DNA of 64,000 bases from Antedon mediterranea (Eukaryota > Animalia > Echinodermata): contig NC_092676.1 in NCBI RefSeq assembly GCF_964355755.1, forward strand, positions 17,254,871 through 17,318,870, given 5' to 3'. A program made the position numbers and the translations under genes. This document shows, in pieces, positions 20,106 through 33,259 of the stretch. Positions within the stretch are counted from its first letter, which is position 1. The number at the start of each line of letters is the position of its first letter. The notes below the pieces were generated by a model. It was not told the origin of the DNA. It searched no databases and worked only from the letters and a program-made list of their open reading frames with translations.

Positions 20106-21888
20106 CCTAATGAGGTTAGATTGAAATAATGCATGGCATGTGATATGGAACCAATCACCATCATCTTCCTATACTGTGCAGAATATTTTTTGAGTACAGT
20201 ATAGTCGCACATGACAAGGATACACTTAGTAATAGTATTATTATAAATTGTGTATGTTATTTGATTGACAGCTGCAGTATCTTGAACATTTGACCCCCAG
20301 ATCGAATTGCATTTTGGGTAATGCAAACCACTAATTTAAACTGTTATTTGGAAGCACAATTTAGCTTAAATGCGGTTGCGTTGACCTAAAAATTATGACA
20401 TTTTAAATAAACAGATTATTCGGCGCTATGCAGCAGAAACAAGCCCCTAGTAAGTAACTGTACACCTTGTAAATCTTTATAGTGCAGTGCAGTGATTTCA
20501 CCCAATTCATGTCAATGACTTGACGTTGACTTATTTCTCATACAGCTATGCTATTATTAAACAAACCTTCTCAATCCAGTTCCTTTTTAAGCTTACAATT
20601 TATTCTAGGAGTGTGCTTGCTCTAGGCTTTGAATGTGTTTATTTTACAGTTGAAGGGGACAATTTAAATTTATTATTGCAGAATAATTGTCTTATATCAT
20701 AAAACTGATCAGAATGTATTTCCAACCCAATAAATTACCATGTTTTGTAGAATTTGGGGTGTTGTTGCTGGCTAAATATGTTTATTCCTTGAAAAACATT
20801 TTTTTTCATGTTAAATATTTTGATAAATAGAATTGTAAATCGTAACCTCTAAATTTACTGGGCATAAAAACCTAAGGCTACAATTTGCCTACTATTTTCT
20901 CGTTCATACAAATAGTTACACATTCTACAAATAAACATATCTAAAATTATATTGTAGTTCAATCAACTCCAGAATGACTGTTTAATACTAGTGAATAAAA
21001 TATTAAATTCTAAGAACTCATAAATATAGCCTATATGTTCAATCTGTCATCGTTACTCAATTGACTAAACCCAATGGTCTTCCAACAAAATTATCTTTGA
21101 ACTATTTTCTAAGAATTTTATGAAATGTTTACTACTTGCCATGTTTTTTTATTTGTAGTGTATTTTACCCTTTTAGTGTCGTATTGTCTGTATTTACCGA
21201 TCATATTTGATCATGTTTTATACGCGACAAGAAGACAATCTTCGGGCCAGAGTGCTTGATAAAATAAAATAATTGAATTGAATTCAACAAATTTTATACA
21301 ATTTTTTTTCTACAATTTATTGTAATTTTGATTTTACAATTTCTAAAAAAATATGATGTATCGATATATTGTACACGGTACTATTGGCAGTATTGACACA
21401 TAGTAAACAAATCGGCAATCAAAATTGATTTACTCACAACAAACACAAATTTATATTTATAATAAATGATGATTTTTAATATCTGTACAATAAAAATGTT
21501 TACTTTGGTATTCTTCCAAAAGTAACAATAAAAATAAATTTTGTATCTTTTATTTAGTGAGCTATTTCACTTAAAATTTTTCACTTTAATTTTTTATATT
21601 GTTAATGAAGTTTTTTCCATAAGTAGTATTTCCCTATAGGATACTTTACAAATGTTAAAGTATGTTTTCCATTTGTAAAAGATAAAAAGAAATTCTTGCT
21701 GTATTTCACATTTTATAATTTTTGGTCACCTAAAGATGACCCCACATCTATCTTATGCTAGCTTAACAAATACTTTAAATTGTCTCATGTTTTCCTTGCT
21801 GAACAAACCTACTGTATAGCTCCTCTGGGACTCTTGCTTTCTCATCACAATATCAGTTTTATTTTTCTTTTGCTAGGTTATAAATGTG

Positions 21889-21990
21889 CAATTACAGTCA
21901 ATTTCTATTCAGTAAACTTTGATAAACAACTTTTATTCAATTACAGTCAATTTCTATTCAGTAAACTTTGATAAACAACTTTTATTCAAT
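21889..21990 (+). repeat. Perfect 49-bp tandem duplication abutting the exon 8 acceptor
   Basis: caattacagtcaatttctattcagtaaactttgataaacaacttttatt at 21889 and 21938. Confidence 0.9.
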
Positions 21991-21996
21991 TTTCAG

Positions 21997-22027
21997 ATGT
22001 TCCAAATGCCGGAAAGAAGCTAGTAAG
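21997..22027 (+). CDS. APEX1: APEX1 coding exon 8, 31-nt microexon (YVPNAGKKLVR)
   Basis: Catalytic YVPN motif; tttcag|AT ... AG|gtaaac; phases 1 and 2 match the neighbours. Confidence 0.95.
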
Positions 22028-22166
22028 GTAAACCATTATTTACTTTATCTGTTTTTTAGTCATATTTGGTAGATAGTCAAAATGACAATTTTTAAAACTA
22101 CAGACAAAGACAAGGATTCTCAACATATCATTAGAATCAGGCGTTTTGGGCCCGGGTGTGTTCTTG

Positions 22167-22437
22167 GAGTGGAGCTGTGGCTTGGTGGTTATGATGCTTG
22201 GCTACCAATCTAAGGGTCCTGTGTTCAAGTCCTGTCATATGTCAGGGTTTTTTTTCTCATGACAATTTACAACTCCACTCCCAAAGACTTAATAATAAGT
22301 CTTTGTTTATGTAGAGCATCTTGTGTATATGTTTGTCTTGTGAATGGGATTGCCACCTTTGAGAAGGATAGTGATGAATTCACTTGTGGTTATCCTTGGA
22401 AATTTGCCTAAAATGAAAATAAATAAATAAAATAAAT
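22167..22437 (+). mobile_element. tRNA-derived SINE (second family)
   Basis: A box TGGCTTGGTGG, B box GTTCAAGTCC, (AAAT)n tail. Head and body are shared with 45018-45165. Confidence 0.75.
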
Positions 22438-22899
22438 GTTATTTTTCCTGTTAAGCTTGAGGACAATAATAAATACCTTTACATTTTTCTTAAATCGGGG
22501 ATAACATTCAAAAGTTAAATTTCAACAATCTACTCATAAACCACATATGTATTGTATGCATACAATGTAAAAAAGAGAACTAGTATTTAAATAATTAGGC
22601 CATATACATGGCTACAGTCACGTGCCCAAATTTGAGTTAGTGATACCAACCAACTGACCGACACACCGATAACCCGACCGACAAAGTGAGCTTTAGAAGT
22701 TGCAAAGATGTAAAACTTTAGTTATGTACCAAAATTGTATATAACAAGTACAGCTAACTATAAATTATTTTGATAGTAGGACATCATGAATGTATTCTTA
22801 TATAATAATGTATACTTATAATAATTAAATAATACATCAAGAAAAACATCACCACATCATGTTTTGTGAAGTTGTTTAACAGACTCGTGCTGTATCAAG

Positions 22900-23200
22900 C
22901 CACGAATACATTGCTGAAACAGATTTATTTCAAATACGTGATAACTACCATACTAATTTATATCTACTCTATTATTAATTTTAATCATTTGTCCATTTCT
23001 TGATCTCCTATTCTCTGCATGTAAGCAATTTTCTTTGCCTGCATTACAATAACAAGTGCTCATCACTAGTAATATTTTATAAAATAGCTGGCCTTCAATC
23101 CCTGACCTTGAGTTTTCAATTCTATCTTTTGTAAAAGCTTCTGCAATTTCCTTGCTTCTCCTAGTAACAAAGTAGATGTAGTAATGTAATTGGATTTTTT
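22900..23200 (-). mobile_element. Highly decayed non-LTR retrotransposon ORF2 3' remnant
   Basis: Minus strand has a broken DEHLLL*C motif reminiscent of the LINE C-terminal EDExHFLxxC motif. Confidence 0.3.
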
Positions 23201-24584
23201 TGTGTAGAATTTAATAATGCTGTCATTTATAAGATGTAATTTAAACAACCTAAAGAGAAGCTTATTGTGGCTAATTGACTCAAGCTGTTAGCAATAATGT
23301 CAATTAATCATGGCAATGAAAGAACACTAGTTTCTGAAAGCCAATTCGCTAAACAATTACAAAAGATGCAGCTGGGGTGAACAGCTACAAATATACAATA
23401 CAGTAAAAGTATAACACACATTTTTAGCACGCCAACAAAAAGTGTGTTGTATAAGAGATTACGTTGTAAAGAGAATTTATTTTAATAAAAAAATTCTAAA
23501 ATATTGTGGATTTCAGATTTCAGTTGTGTCACACAGGAAATAGTGTATTATACAAATAATGAATCTTTTATTTGTGCGATGGAACAAATACCTTTAATTT
23601 CATTCGGTGAAAGATGAATATACAAATGTTCATCTTTCTTCAAATGAAATTATTTTTTTCCATTGCACAATGCATAGGAACCATTCAAAAGGCAGCTCTC
23701 CAATTTTGGACGTGGAGTAGAACAATTTTTTCCCCCCAAATATCCTTTCTTTTTTTTATCACATCAAATATGTTTATAGTATGTATGCCTAAATCTAGAA
23801 TGTCATCTAGCCTTGATTAAAATGGATATATAAGTTGGCAGAATTTACACAAGATCCTTACACAAAAAGTCATAACAAGAATGTTTATATAGCATTTTTA
23901 TTGTTTATTCAAGAGTCTAAGTTACATCCAACGTTACATTAAATGGAAGAATATATTACTTTAACCACATACTATGTTTAGACTTGATATTCAACTCACT
24001 GTTCATCAAATTAAAGAACATGATCTATTCTAAGGTAAACAAAATGAAACATAGTTATGTCAAAGAATTCTTATTACTGCATTTTTCATTGAAGACAATA
24101 AACTATTATCAACAATTTTGTATTTGTTTTATTCAACTTTTTGCAAAGGTAAATGTTAGCTTTGAGGCACCTCAAGGGAAAACATTACAATATTTCATAA
24201 AACATAAACGAAGGGAGTAGATATAAAAAGGTTCAATCAAATCTTCCAGAACTAAAAAATAGCTGTATGGTAATTGATAATAAATAAATATTGATGTGTT
24301 TTCAAGAATATTAGATACAAATGTAAACCATTTTCCTTGAAAGATATTCTAACCAATTGTGTTGGCAATCAATCAAGCAAAAAAATTAAATTTAAAATAA
24401 AGATTCTGGACTGTCTTGCCATGCAAGTGCCTTATTACTTGTGTGTCTACTGTGCACTATTATTTTATTTGGTAATTCATATGTTTTGGTTTTTTTTCTG
24501 ATTCACATTGTATATTTATCAAACAACTATTATTCATTGTAGGATACAAAAATTTATATGTAATAATGTATTTTTGTATTGTTA

Positions 24585-24699
24585 TATTATTATCAAAACG
24601 CAGCAACTTAATGGTATTTGCTATAGTGTTGTTTGTTTTGTTATTATTATCAAAACGCAGCAACTTAATGCTATTTGCTATAGTGTTGTTTGTTTTGTT
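24585..24699 (+). repeat. 57-bp tandem duplication
   Basis: tattattatcaaaacgcagcaacttaatg(g/c)tatttgctatagtgttgtttgttttgt occurs twice. Confidence 0.9.
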
Positions 24700-25161
24700 C
24701 GTTTGATAGATAGAAAGGATATAACTTTTATTGTCCTTCTGTAAAATGTAACAAGAGGAAATTCATCTTCCATTGGCAAAATACAAAACTAGTAAAACGA
24801 ACGATTTACCTATAAAATATAGAACATAACCATACTGTACATATATATAAAAATATGCACAGCTTAAAAGTTAGATTATTATTGCCCCTAGCCTGATCAT
24901 TTATTGATTATTATTAATATTTCCAAATTGTTTAATGCATAATAATTAATATATTACCGTACAGTATAATTATAAATAGAAAACGGATATAGACACGCAT
25001 CCCGATTATATTTTGAATTACTGTAAATAGTTTAAATAGAGCACAAGAAAAAAAATCAGAAACAATAGATTCAGGATGACAACTAATCCTTATATATGAA
25101 TTTGTTTCCATCCTTTCTAAAAATTCACAAAAACTCAGTCTAAATACAGTACCGCTCATGG

Positions 25162-25277
25162 AGGATGGAACGCAGTTAGGATGGAACGCAGTTAGGATGA
25201 AACGCAGTTAGGATGAAACGCAGTTAGGATGAAACGCAGTTAGGATGAAACGCAGTTAGGATGAAACGCAGTTAGGA
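25162..25277 (+). repeat. 16-bp minisatellite, 7 copies
   Basis: (AGGATG[G/A]AACGCAGTT)7 with no spacers. Confidence 0.95.
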
Positions 25278-27057
25278 AGAAGAACGAAATAAACTGTATT
25301 TGCTGCTGTGTGTTATTTATTTTGCAGCATGTTTTGGTGGTTGTGAGTTGTTTGATGTTCTATCAATAAAACCAATGTCTGTGACAGCCTTTAGATACAA
25401 TATTTAATTAATCATTCTATGCAATCGTATGGATGCTGTTTTAATTTGACATCCAAACTTGCATCAAATACTTTTAGTTTATCTACACCAGCAATTACTA
25501 TACACTGACATTCAAACGGTGCACTTTTATTGGGTAATCCTTTAGATTAGTTAAAGACAGTTCACTACAATATATACAGTTTAGTAACAAATCCCCGAGG
25601 CTGGCATTATACTCAACAAATTCAGCCAATCACAGGCAGCTATCCAATATCCCACTCAACGTTGTTTGTACTGTATGAGGTTTTTGCTAACAAATCTTTT
25701 AAACCTGCCGAGTTTAGATGCGTACCATAAAGCAGTTACATTACCAACCACATCAACGATCAAGATTAAAGATAATTTTTGAATTACCGTGCATTTTAGT
25801 AAATTTACAGTTTATTTTCACTACAGTGTTTATACAAAATCTGAACACATGTTTAATTTGTTGAAAGCATAATACCATGTTATGAATGCATGCTAATTGT
25901 CCCCGAGTTAATCTGATCTGTCCCAATTTTCAATGACACACCCCAAAATGTAACAAATATTTATAAATAGATAATACTAGTATAAAATTAGACAATGTTT
26001 GGAATTTTATGCAAATCAGTAAATCATTTCTTCTCGATCAACACCAGAGTATATCCTTTACACTACCTCAGCAGCAATTTGTTGATCAATAACGCTCAAC
26101 CAACGCTCAACCATTATCAGAGTACAGTACATGTACAGTGAAATATTTACCTTGTGTGTTTCGCGCTTGAATATTCTCTTGCAATAGTTAAGCCTTTCGT
26201 TTCACCTGTTTCACAGCTTTATTTGGCTGTGGCACTGAATGTTTGATAATCAAATGTTTGGCAGTATAAGTTCTCAATCGCTGGTTATATTGTCACATAC
26301 GGTATGCATCATGTAGGAAAGCAAATATGATATGCTTTATAAAGTACAAGAGGTCAAACTGTCCTTGCCGACACTTCCAACCGGTCAAATGCGACCATAA
26401 AAGTTTTTGAATTCCAAGTAGACTTTTTTGTCAAATTAAATTCTCATTAAATGTAACATTTTCAAAGTTATGCAACAAACTTTTTGTTTGCATACTGAAT
26501 GTGCATGTAATGGGGTGTATTCCCTATAATATTATCAAGTGTTTCTGTTATTGATCACAAAATATTGACCTTGTCACTATCAAGGTTAGATGTTCATTTT
26601 TATATGAAACTGTCATGAAACATAGTAAAATTTACTATCAAGATAACCCTGCCTGATGCATCATATTTTGAATGCATTGAGTTATTCAAAAGTATGAAAA
26701 TCATAGCCTTCTACACTTTGGAAGTGCATGGATTATCGCCAAATGTGACATGTATCCGTAGTTGTGCTAAGCATCACCTGATGTGCTATAATGCACATAA
26801 TAAAATAGTATAAAGACATTTTGTACAAATGCAACATTTCATAAAGAAATGATTTTAATCATGTTATTACTCAAAAATATATATATAAAAAGACATTTTA
26901 AGGAAAGTTGAAAAACAATAATGTCAGAAAATGACAAAAGCTATTTCAAGAAAACTAAAACAGTTATTCAGTATTAATGTCCTTCTCAACTTTCTAAATG
27001 TATAAATTGACAATTCCTCCTTCTTGGGCAAACAATGAAGATGCAATTGTTTAGCAT

Positions 27058-27420
27058 AACAACTAAAAAACAATTAATTTGCATAGGAATAGTGGAAAAA
27101 AACTGGACAATCTCAAAATTAATTTTGTGTGTAGTTTTAGCTTCATACATTTTTATACATTGGTCTACATTTCTTTCTTTCTGGAAATTTGCATAGAAAT
27201 AGTGGAAAAAAAAACTTGACAATAGCAATATTTTTTTTTTAGTTTTTAGCCACATACATTTTTGTACATTGGTCTTCATTTATGGAAGTGACAACTAAAA
27301 ATATATTGCATAGAAATAGTGAAATAAAATAACTTGAAATCTCAATATATTTTTTGTTTTTTGTTTTTTGCCATATACGTTTTTATACATTGCTCTACAT
27401 TTCTTCGTTTCTGGAAATGA
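27058..27420 (+). repeat. Degenerate ~110-117-bp tandem repeat, 3 copies
   Basis: tgcatag(g/a)aatagtg…catacattt…tacattg(g/c)tct recurs at about 27080, 27190 and 27307. Confidence 0.8.
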
Positions 27421-28464
27421 CCCAGTTTTTAACACAGTTCTAGATCTTTTCTGGCCATGTAAAAGGGGTATTACAGTACAACATGTTAAAATCAGCATAT
27501 CACAAGCCTAAACATAATGACATTGTATATAATAATTGATTTGTGTGAATTTAATTTGATAAATAAATATAGAAGTTGGTGATAATATTTGTTTAAATGA
27601 GAAAGTTAACAGCTGATAACACATTATGGAAATGAAGTTCAACATATATGCAAACATGGCAATACTATGGAATATTAGATAATGCTTGACCGATTTCCCG
27701 CTAAGCTCTAATATCAAGATCAAAGCTTTCACCGAAATTAGGTCACGATTATAGGAGAGTCAAGATTTATATATTGACTATTGGCATAACAATCATACAA
27801 AAATAATTATTTTCTTTGAACTGAATACAAATGAAAAGATGCTTTGAAAGAATAACTATAATACTAGCTGGCTCGCTCCTGCATAGATATTTTTTTTATA
27901 TTCATGCAATCAATGATAGTAAAATTCAGTGTGAATTTCTATGCATTTTTGTTTATTGATATAGTGAAATTAACATTACTTTCAGCATGTAGGGAATTGT
28001 TAGTGTTTGTTGCTTTTCTTGTTAAAAAAATCTAGTATCTATTTTTTGTGCACAATGGGACACAATACAAACATTTGTTTTTCTCCCAATTGAGATATAT
28101 AGCTCTTTAATATAGTCAACGTTGTTTCATCTCTAGTTTTAATACAAAAAACGGTTTTTGATTGCAATATTTCAATTCATGATCTAAATTTTCACACACA
28201 CATTCTAAAAGTCAAAGTAAATTAACTACAACAATAATATTTTTTATTACCGTAACTCCCCCCCCCCCCTTTTTTTTTTTTCTTTCCTTGATTTAGTGTA
28301 GCAGTTATACTGTAAACCATTTCAATTATTGGTATGCATCATTTCTTGAATGTGATCAAATAGATAAAAATGTTGAATACTCTTTGTTCCAATTCTTTAG
28401 TTTAAGTTAACCTTGTTTTATTAAGTATAAATTCCTGTAATGGCATGAGTGTTTTTTTTCTTAG

Positions 28465-28577
28465 GCTAGAATATCGAGGAGAGTGGGACAAAGATTTTCG
28501 CAGTTATCTTGAAGATCTGGACAAGAAGAAGCCTGTGATTCTGTGTGGAGATCTAAATGTAGCACATCAAGAAATAG
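28465..28577 (+). CDS. APEX1: APEX1 coding exon 9 ([11 protein letters not shown]…[15 protein letters not shown])
   Basis: GDLN catalytic motif inside ORF 28445..28642; ttcttag|G ... ATAG|gtatgt. Confidence 0.97.
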
Positions 28578-30239
28578 GTATGTATTTATTTTGTTGGTAT
28601 GTATTTAGGCACATGGGCCCAAGGATTACCAATAGTAAATAATCACCTATCTATCAGGTAAGTGGTAATCCCTCTATTTTATGAACCAGAAACTACTGTA
28701 GGTAACCACCTACTTTTGTAAAATAACCACAAGAACTACAAGTTGGCCTCGATCCTATGCCAATATTATTGGCTCTTTAGGTACTGTAAATGGTGCCTCT
28801 GCCTTAATTGCTCGGCCATTTTACTCATGGTTTACATTTATACATTCATAGTCTCTACCAAGAAGGCACGCGACTTACAATGTCTGTACAAAGATCTCGC
28901 TTTTATTTTTTACATACTGTAACATATTTTTTTTTCTGTTTTAGTTAAAATGAGTTAAGTGTTCTTTTGCTATCAATTCTGTAATCATACACCTTATATA
29001 TTGTAATTATCTTGCTATGAAATTAAAACTTTAACATTAAAGAGCCTATTATAACATTAACATGAATTTGAAGCAATTAAAAACAATGTTTTTTTTTACA
29101 ATAACCCTTCACATATTGACTTTTGTATTCAAGTTTATTGTTAATATTAGGAATTGTTTCTACTACAAAAGATTGATACTGCAGTAAACATTTGTATGAA
29201 GAGAAATATATTCCTTTCATTTGAATCATATCAAAATGTTGTCATTGCTTCTGTACATTGAACCATTCAGAAGAGAACAGTAATATGTGAACGTGGTCAC
29301 CCACAAACAAAAATCCCTAATGTGCTTTACATTGGTATACTGTAGGCAATCTCAAGAATTCAAGAATATTGTTATAACTCCCTTCCTTATTTTAAAAAAA
29401 TCTTCGGTTACGATGTGGTCACACTGGGACATGGATGACAAACCAATCCCAGACTCTTTGATTAAGATTCAGATTTTTAGTTGTGTGCAACGCGACTCTA
29501 CAGCTCACTATGATGATTGATTGATTGATTGAAATTGAAATTGATTGAAAATATAAGCGTGATCTTTTGGATGGTGTGAAAATAAAAAATATAAAGTTAT
29601 CATCAGTTTTGATATTTAATAAAATGTGCTTTTTGTCGGTTTATGCACTTTTGAACTTTTCACTTTCAAACGCTGCTTATTGTTAGTTCGTAGGTAAACA
29701 ACTCTAAAAGCGAATGACTTTAGAATGCTCAGGTAAACAGTGATATGAACGAGTGACTTCAGATTGCCGCTTACTTAAAAGGGTTCGTAGGTACAACAAC
29801 CTGTTGGGAATAGTTGACTGCCCTCTAGAGAATGTCTCTTCTTTTTAATTAGATATTTACGTAATCACTTCAACATATGTATCGATTTATTATATTCCAA
29901 AAAATCTCAGGCGTATCACAAGTTTTCAAAAATGTTAATCATTCTATTGAGGACATTTGTTCATTTTTGTTTACATAGAAAAGGGAAGAAAAAAAAGTAC
30001 AAAAAAGTGAATCTTTTAAATCATAGCTAATATTAAAAGGTTCCACTACAAAAAAGTAAAAAATAAAACATGGAAAATTTGCACTTTCAATTAATTCCTG
30101 ATGCGTTATTTTTGTTTAATGCTCAAAAATAATTTATTTTTATCTTGCTTTTACTTCGATCGGGTGTAATTGCCATAATAAACTCTCTGAAATCAAATTT
30201 TAAAATAATAATATATTCCGACGCCAAATTTCTATCAGT

Positions 30240-32800
30240 TGAGTTCTGACATCAAAATGTTTGAATTTTCTTAGATCAACATTTTTATCTGTTCTGACAT
30301 CAAATAATGATGAAATAAAGTGATCTGACATAATTTTTTTTCCAGACATCAAATGTTTAAACACTCTGATCTGAAATCGAATGTTTGACATTTCTGGCAT
30401 GAGTCAACATTTTTATCTGTTCTGACATCAAAGGTTTATAATGCTCTGACATCTTTTTATTTTGTCTCTTTTAAATTGTTTTTAATTGTTCTGAAAAATT
30501 GTTTAAATGACCTGACATCAAATGTTTAAACACTAAGACATCAAATGTTTAGACACTCTGACATCAAATGTTTGCACAATCTGACATCAAATGTTTGCAC
30601 ACTCTGACATCAAATGTTTTCACTGCCCTGACATCAAAAGTTTAGACATTCTAACATCAAATGTTTAGACACTCTGACATCAAATGTTTAGACACTCAGA
30701 CATCAAATGTTTGCACACTCTTAACATCAAATGTTTAGATACTCTGACATCAAATGTTTAGACACTCTGACATCAAATGTTTGAACACTGACATCAAATG
30801 TTTAGACACTCTAACATCAAATATTTAGACACTCTGACATCAAATATTTAGACACTCTTAACATCAAATGTTTAGACACTCTGCCATCAAATGTCTGAAC
30901 ACTGACATCAATTGTTTAGACACTCTGACATCAAATTTTTAGACACTCTGACATCAAATGTTTAGACACTCTGACATCAAATGTTTGATCACTGACATCA
31001 ATTGTTTAGACACTCTGACATCAAATGTTTAGACACTCTGACATCACATGTTTATACATTCTGACATCAAATGTTTGCACACTCTGACATCAAATGTTTA
31101 AACACTCTGCCATCAAATGTTTTAACTGCCCTGACACCAAATGTTTGAACACTGACATCAAATGTTTAGACACTCGATCATCAAATGTTTAGACACTCTG
31201 ACATCAAATGTTTAGACACTCTAACATCAAATGTTTAGACACTCTGACATCAAATGTTTAGACACTGACATCAAATGTTTAGATACTCTGACATCAAATG
31301 TTTAGACACTCTGACATCAAATGTTTAGACACTCTGACATCAAATGTTTAGATACTCTGACATCAAATGTTTAGACACTCTAACATCAAATGTTTAGACA
31401 CTCGATCATCAAATGTTTAGATACTCTGACATCAAATGTTTAGACACTCTGACATCAAATGTTTAGACACTCTGACATCAAATGTTTAGACACTCTGACA
31501 TCAAATGTTTAGACACTCTGACATCAAATGTTTAGACACTCTGACATCAAATGTTTAGATACTCTAACATCAAATGTTTAGACACTCTAACATCAAATGT
31601 TTGCACACTCTGACATCAAATGTTTAGACACTCTGACATAAAATGTTTAGACACTCTGACATAAAATGTTTAGACACTCTGACATCAACTGTTTAGATAC
31701 TCTGACATTAAATGTTTAGACACTCTGACATCAAATGTTTAGACACTCTGACATCAAATGTTTAGATACTCTGACATCAAATGTTTAGACACTCTAACAT
31801 CAAATGTTTAGACACTCGATCATCAAATGTTTAGATACTCTGACATCAAATGTTTAGACACTCTAACATCAAATGTTTAGACACTCTGACATCAAATGTT
31901 TAGACACTCTGACATCAAATGTTTAGATACTCTGACATCAAATGTTTAGACACTCTGACATCAAATGTTTAGACACTCTGACATCAAATGTTTAGATACT
32001 CTAACATCAAATGTTTAGACACTCTGACATCAAATGTTTGTACACTCTGACATCAAATGTTTAGACACTCTGACATAAAATGTTTAGACACTCTGACATC
32101 AAATGTTTGTACACTTTGACATCAAATGTTTAGACACTCTGACATAAAATGTTTAGACACTCGATCATCAAATGTTTAGACACTCGAACATCAAATGTTT
32201 AGACACTCTGACATCAAATGTTTAGACACTCTAACATCAAATGTTTAGACACTCTGACATCAAATGTTTAGACACTCTGACATCAAATGTTTAGACACTC
32301 TAACATCAAATGTTTAGACACTCTGACATCAAATGTTTGCATACTCTGACATCAAATGTTTTAACTGCTCTGACATCAAATGTTTAAACAATCTGACATT
32401 AAATGTTTAGACACTCTGACATCACATTTTTAACACTCTGACAACACATATTTTATCACTCTGACATCACATTTTTTAAATATTGGCATCAAATTTTTAA
32501 ACATCCTGAAATCAAATTTGTAAACATCAAATATACACACTGACAACAAATTTTATCTGCTCTGTTATCAAAATCAAACTGAATGCTCTAGTCCGATACA
32601 GTATAAGATATTTGACTGTTGTGATACCAAACCATTGATGCTTTTTCATCAATTGTTTTAAACACTCTGACATATGTTTTAAAATTGTTAACATTTTGAA
32701 CTACTCTAACTCTTTGCGATGAGATTTTATTTTCTAAATACTTATTTACAATACAAAGTTTAATGCTCTGACATTAAACGTTTTAAATGCTCTGACATCA
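30240..32800 (+). repeat. 23-bp satellite array (homogeneous core ~30510-32470, roughly 85 units) with degenerate flanks
   Basis: Consensus TCTGACATCAAATGTTTAGACAC, period 23 (e.g. 31448 to 31471), occasional 21-bp units. Confidence 0.97.
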
Positions 32801-33259
32801 TTTAAATGTTCAAGTGGTCAGCATAAAATGTTTAAATGCTCTTATTTTAAATGTTGACAACCAATGTCTTAAGATTGCAATTTTTAAATACTGACCAAGT
32901 ATCCTTTTAGCAAGAAAAGTAAAATCTATGTTTAGTTATAAAGTTTAATCCTAAATCTATCTTTTACAATGTACAGTACACAATTTTCATTAAATATTTA
33001 TATAAAACTAAAACTAAAAAGCAGGCCATCGTGTTAGGAAGCAGCATGTTTTCCTAAAATCTTCATTAAAGTTTATTAGTTTTTAATGACATCTTTAAAT
33101 TACATTATATTTGAATCGATATGTTGAAGAAGATTGTAATTAGTCACCAAAACAAAATTTGAATTTCATTCGAGTTTGATAACCTATTTTCTCAGATTAG
33201 TTTTGATAATACTCAATTGTGTTGAAATTGGCTATTTTAATGACGGTACTTATTGTCAG

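Noticed and set aside
25162-25277. CRISPR or telomeric array
   Set aside because: Contiguous 16-mers without spacers, and not (TTAGGG)n.
25400-26450. Decayed transposase or extra gene
   Set aside because: Composition hints at eroded coding DNA, but I could not recover any convincing motif or frame.
30240-32800. CRISPR-like array
   Set aside because: Units are head-to-tail 23-mers with no unique spacers, there are no cas genes, and the context is a eukaryotic intron. It is a satellite.
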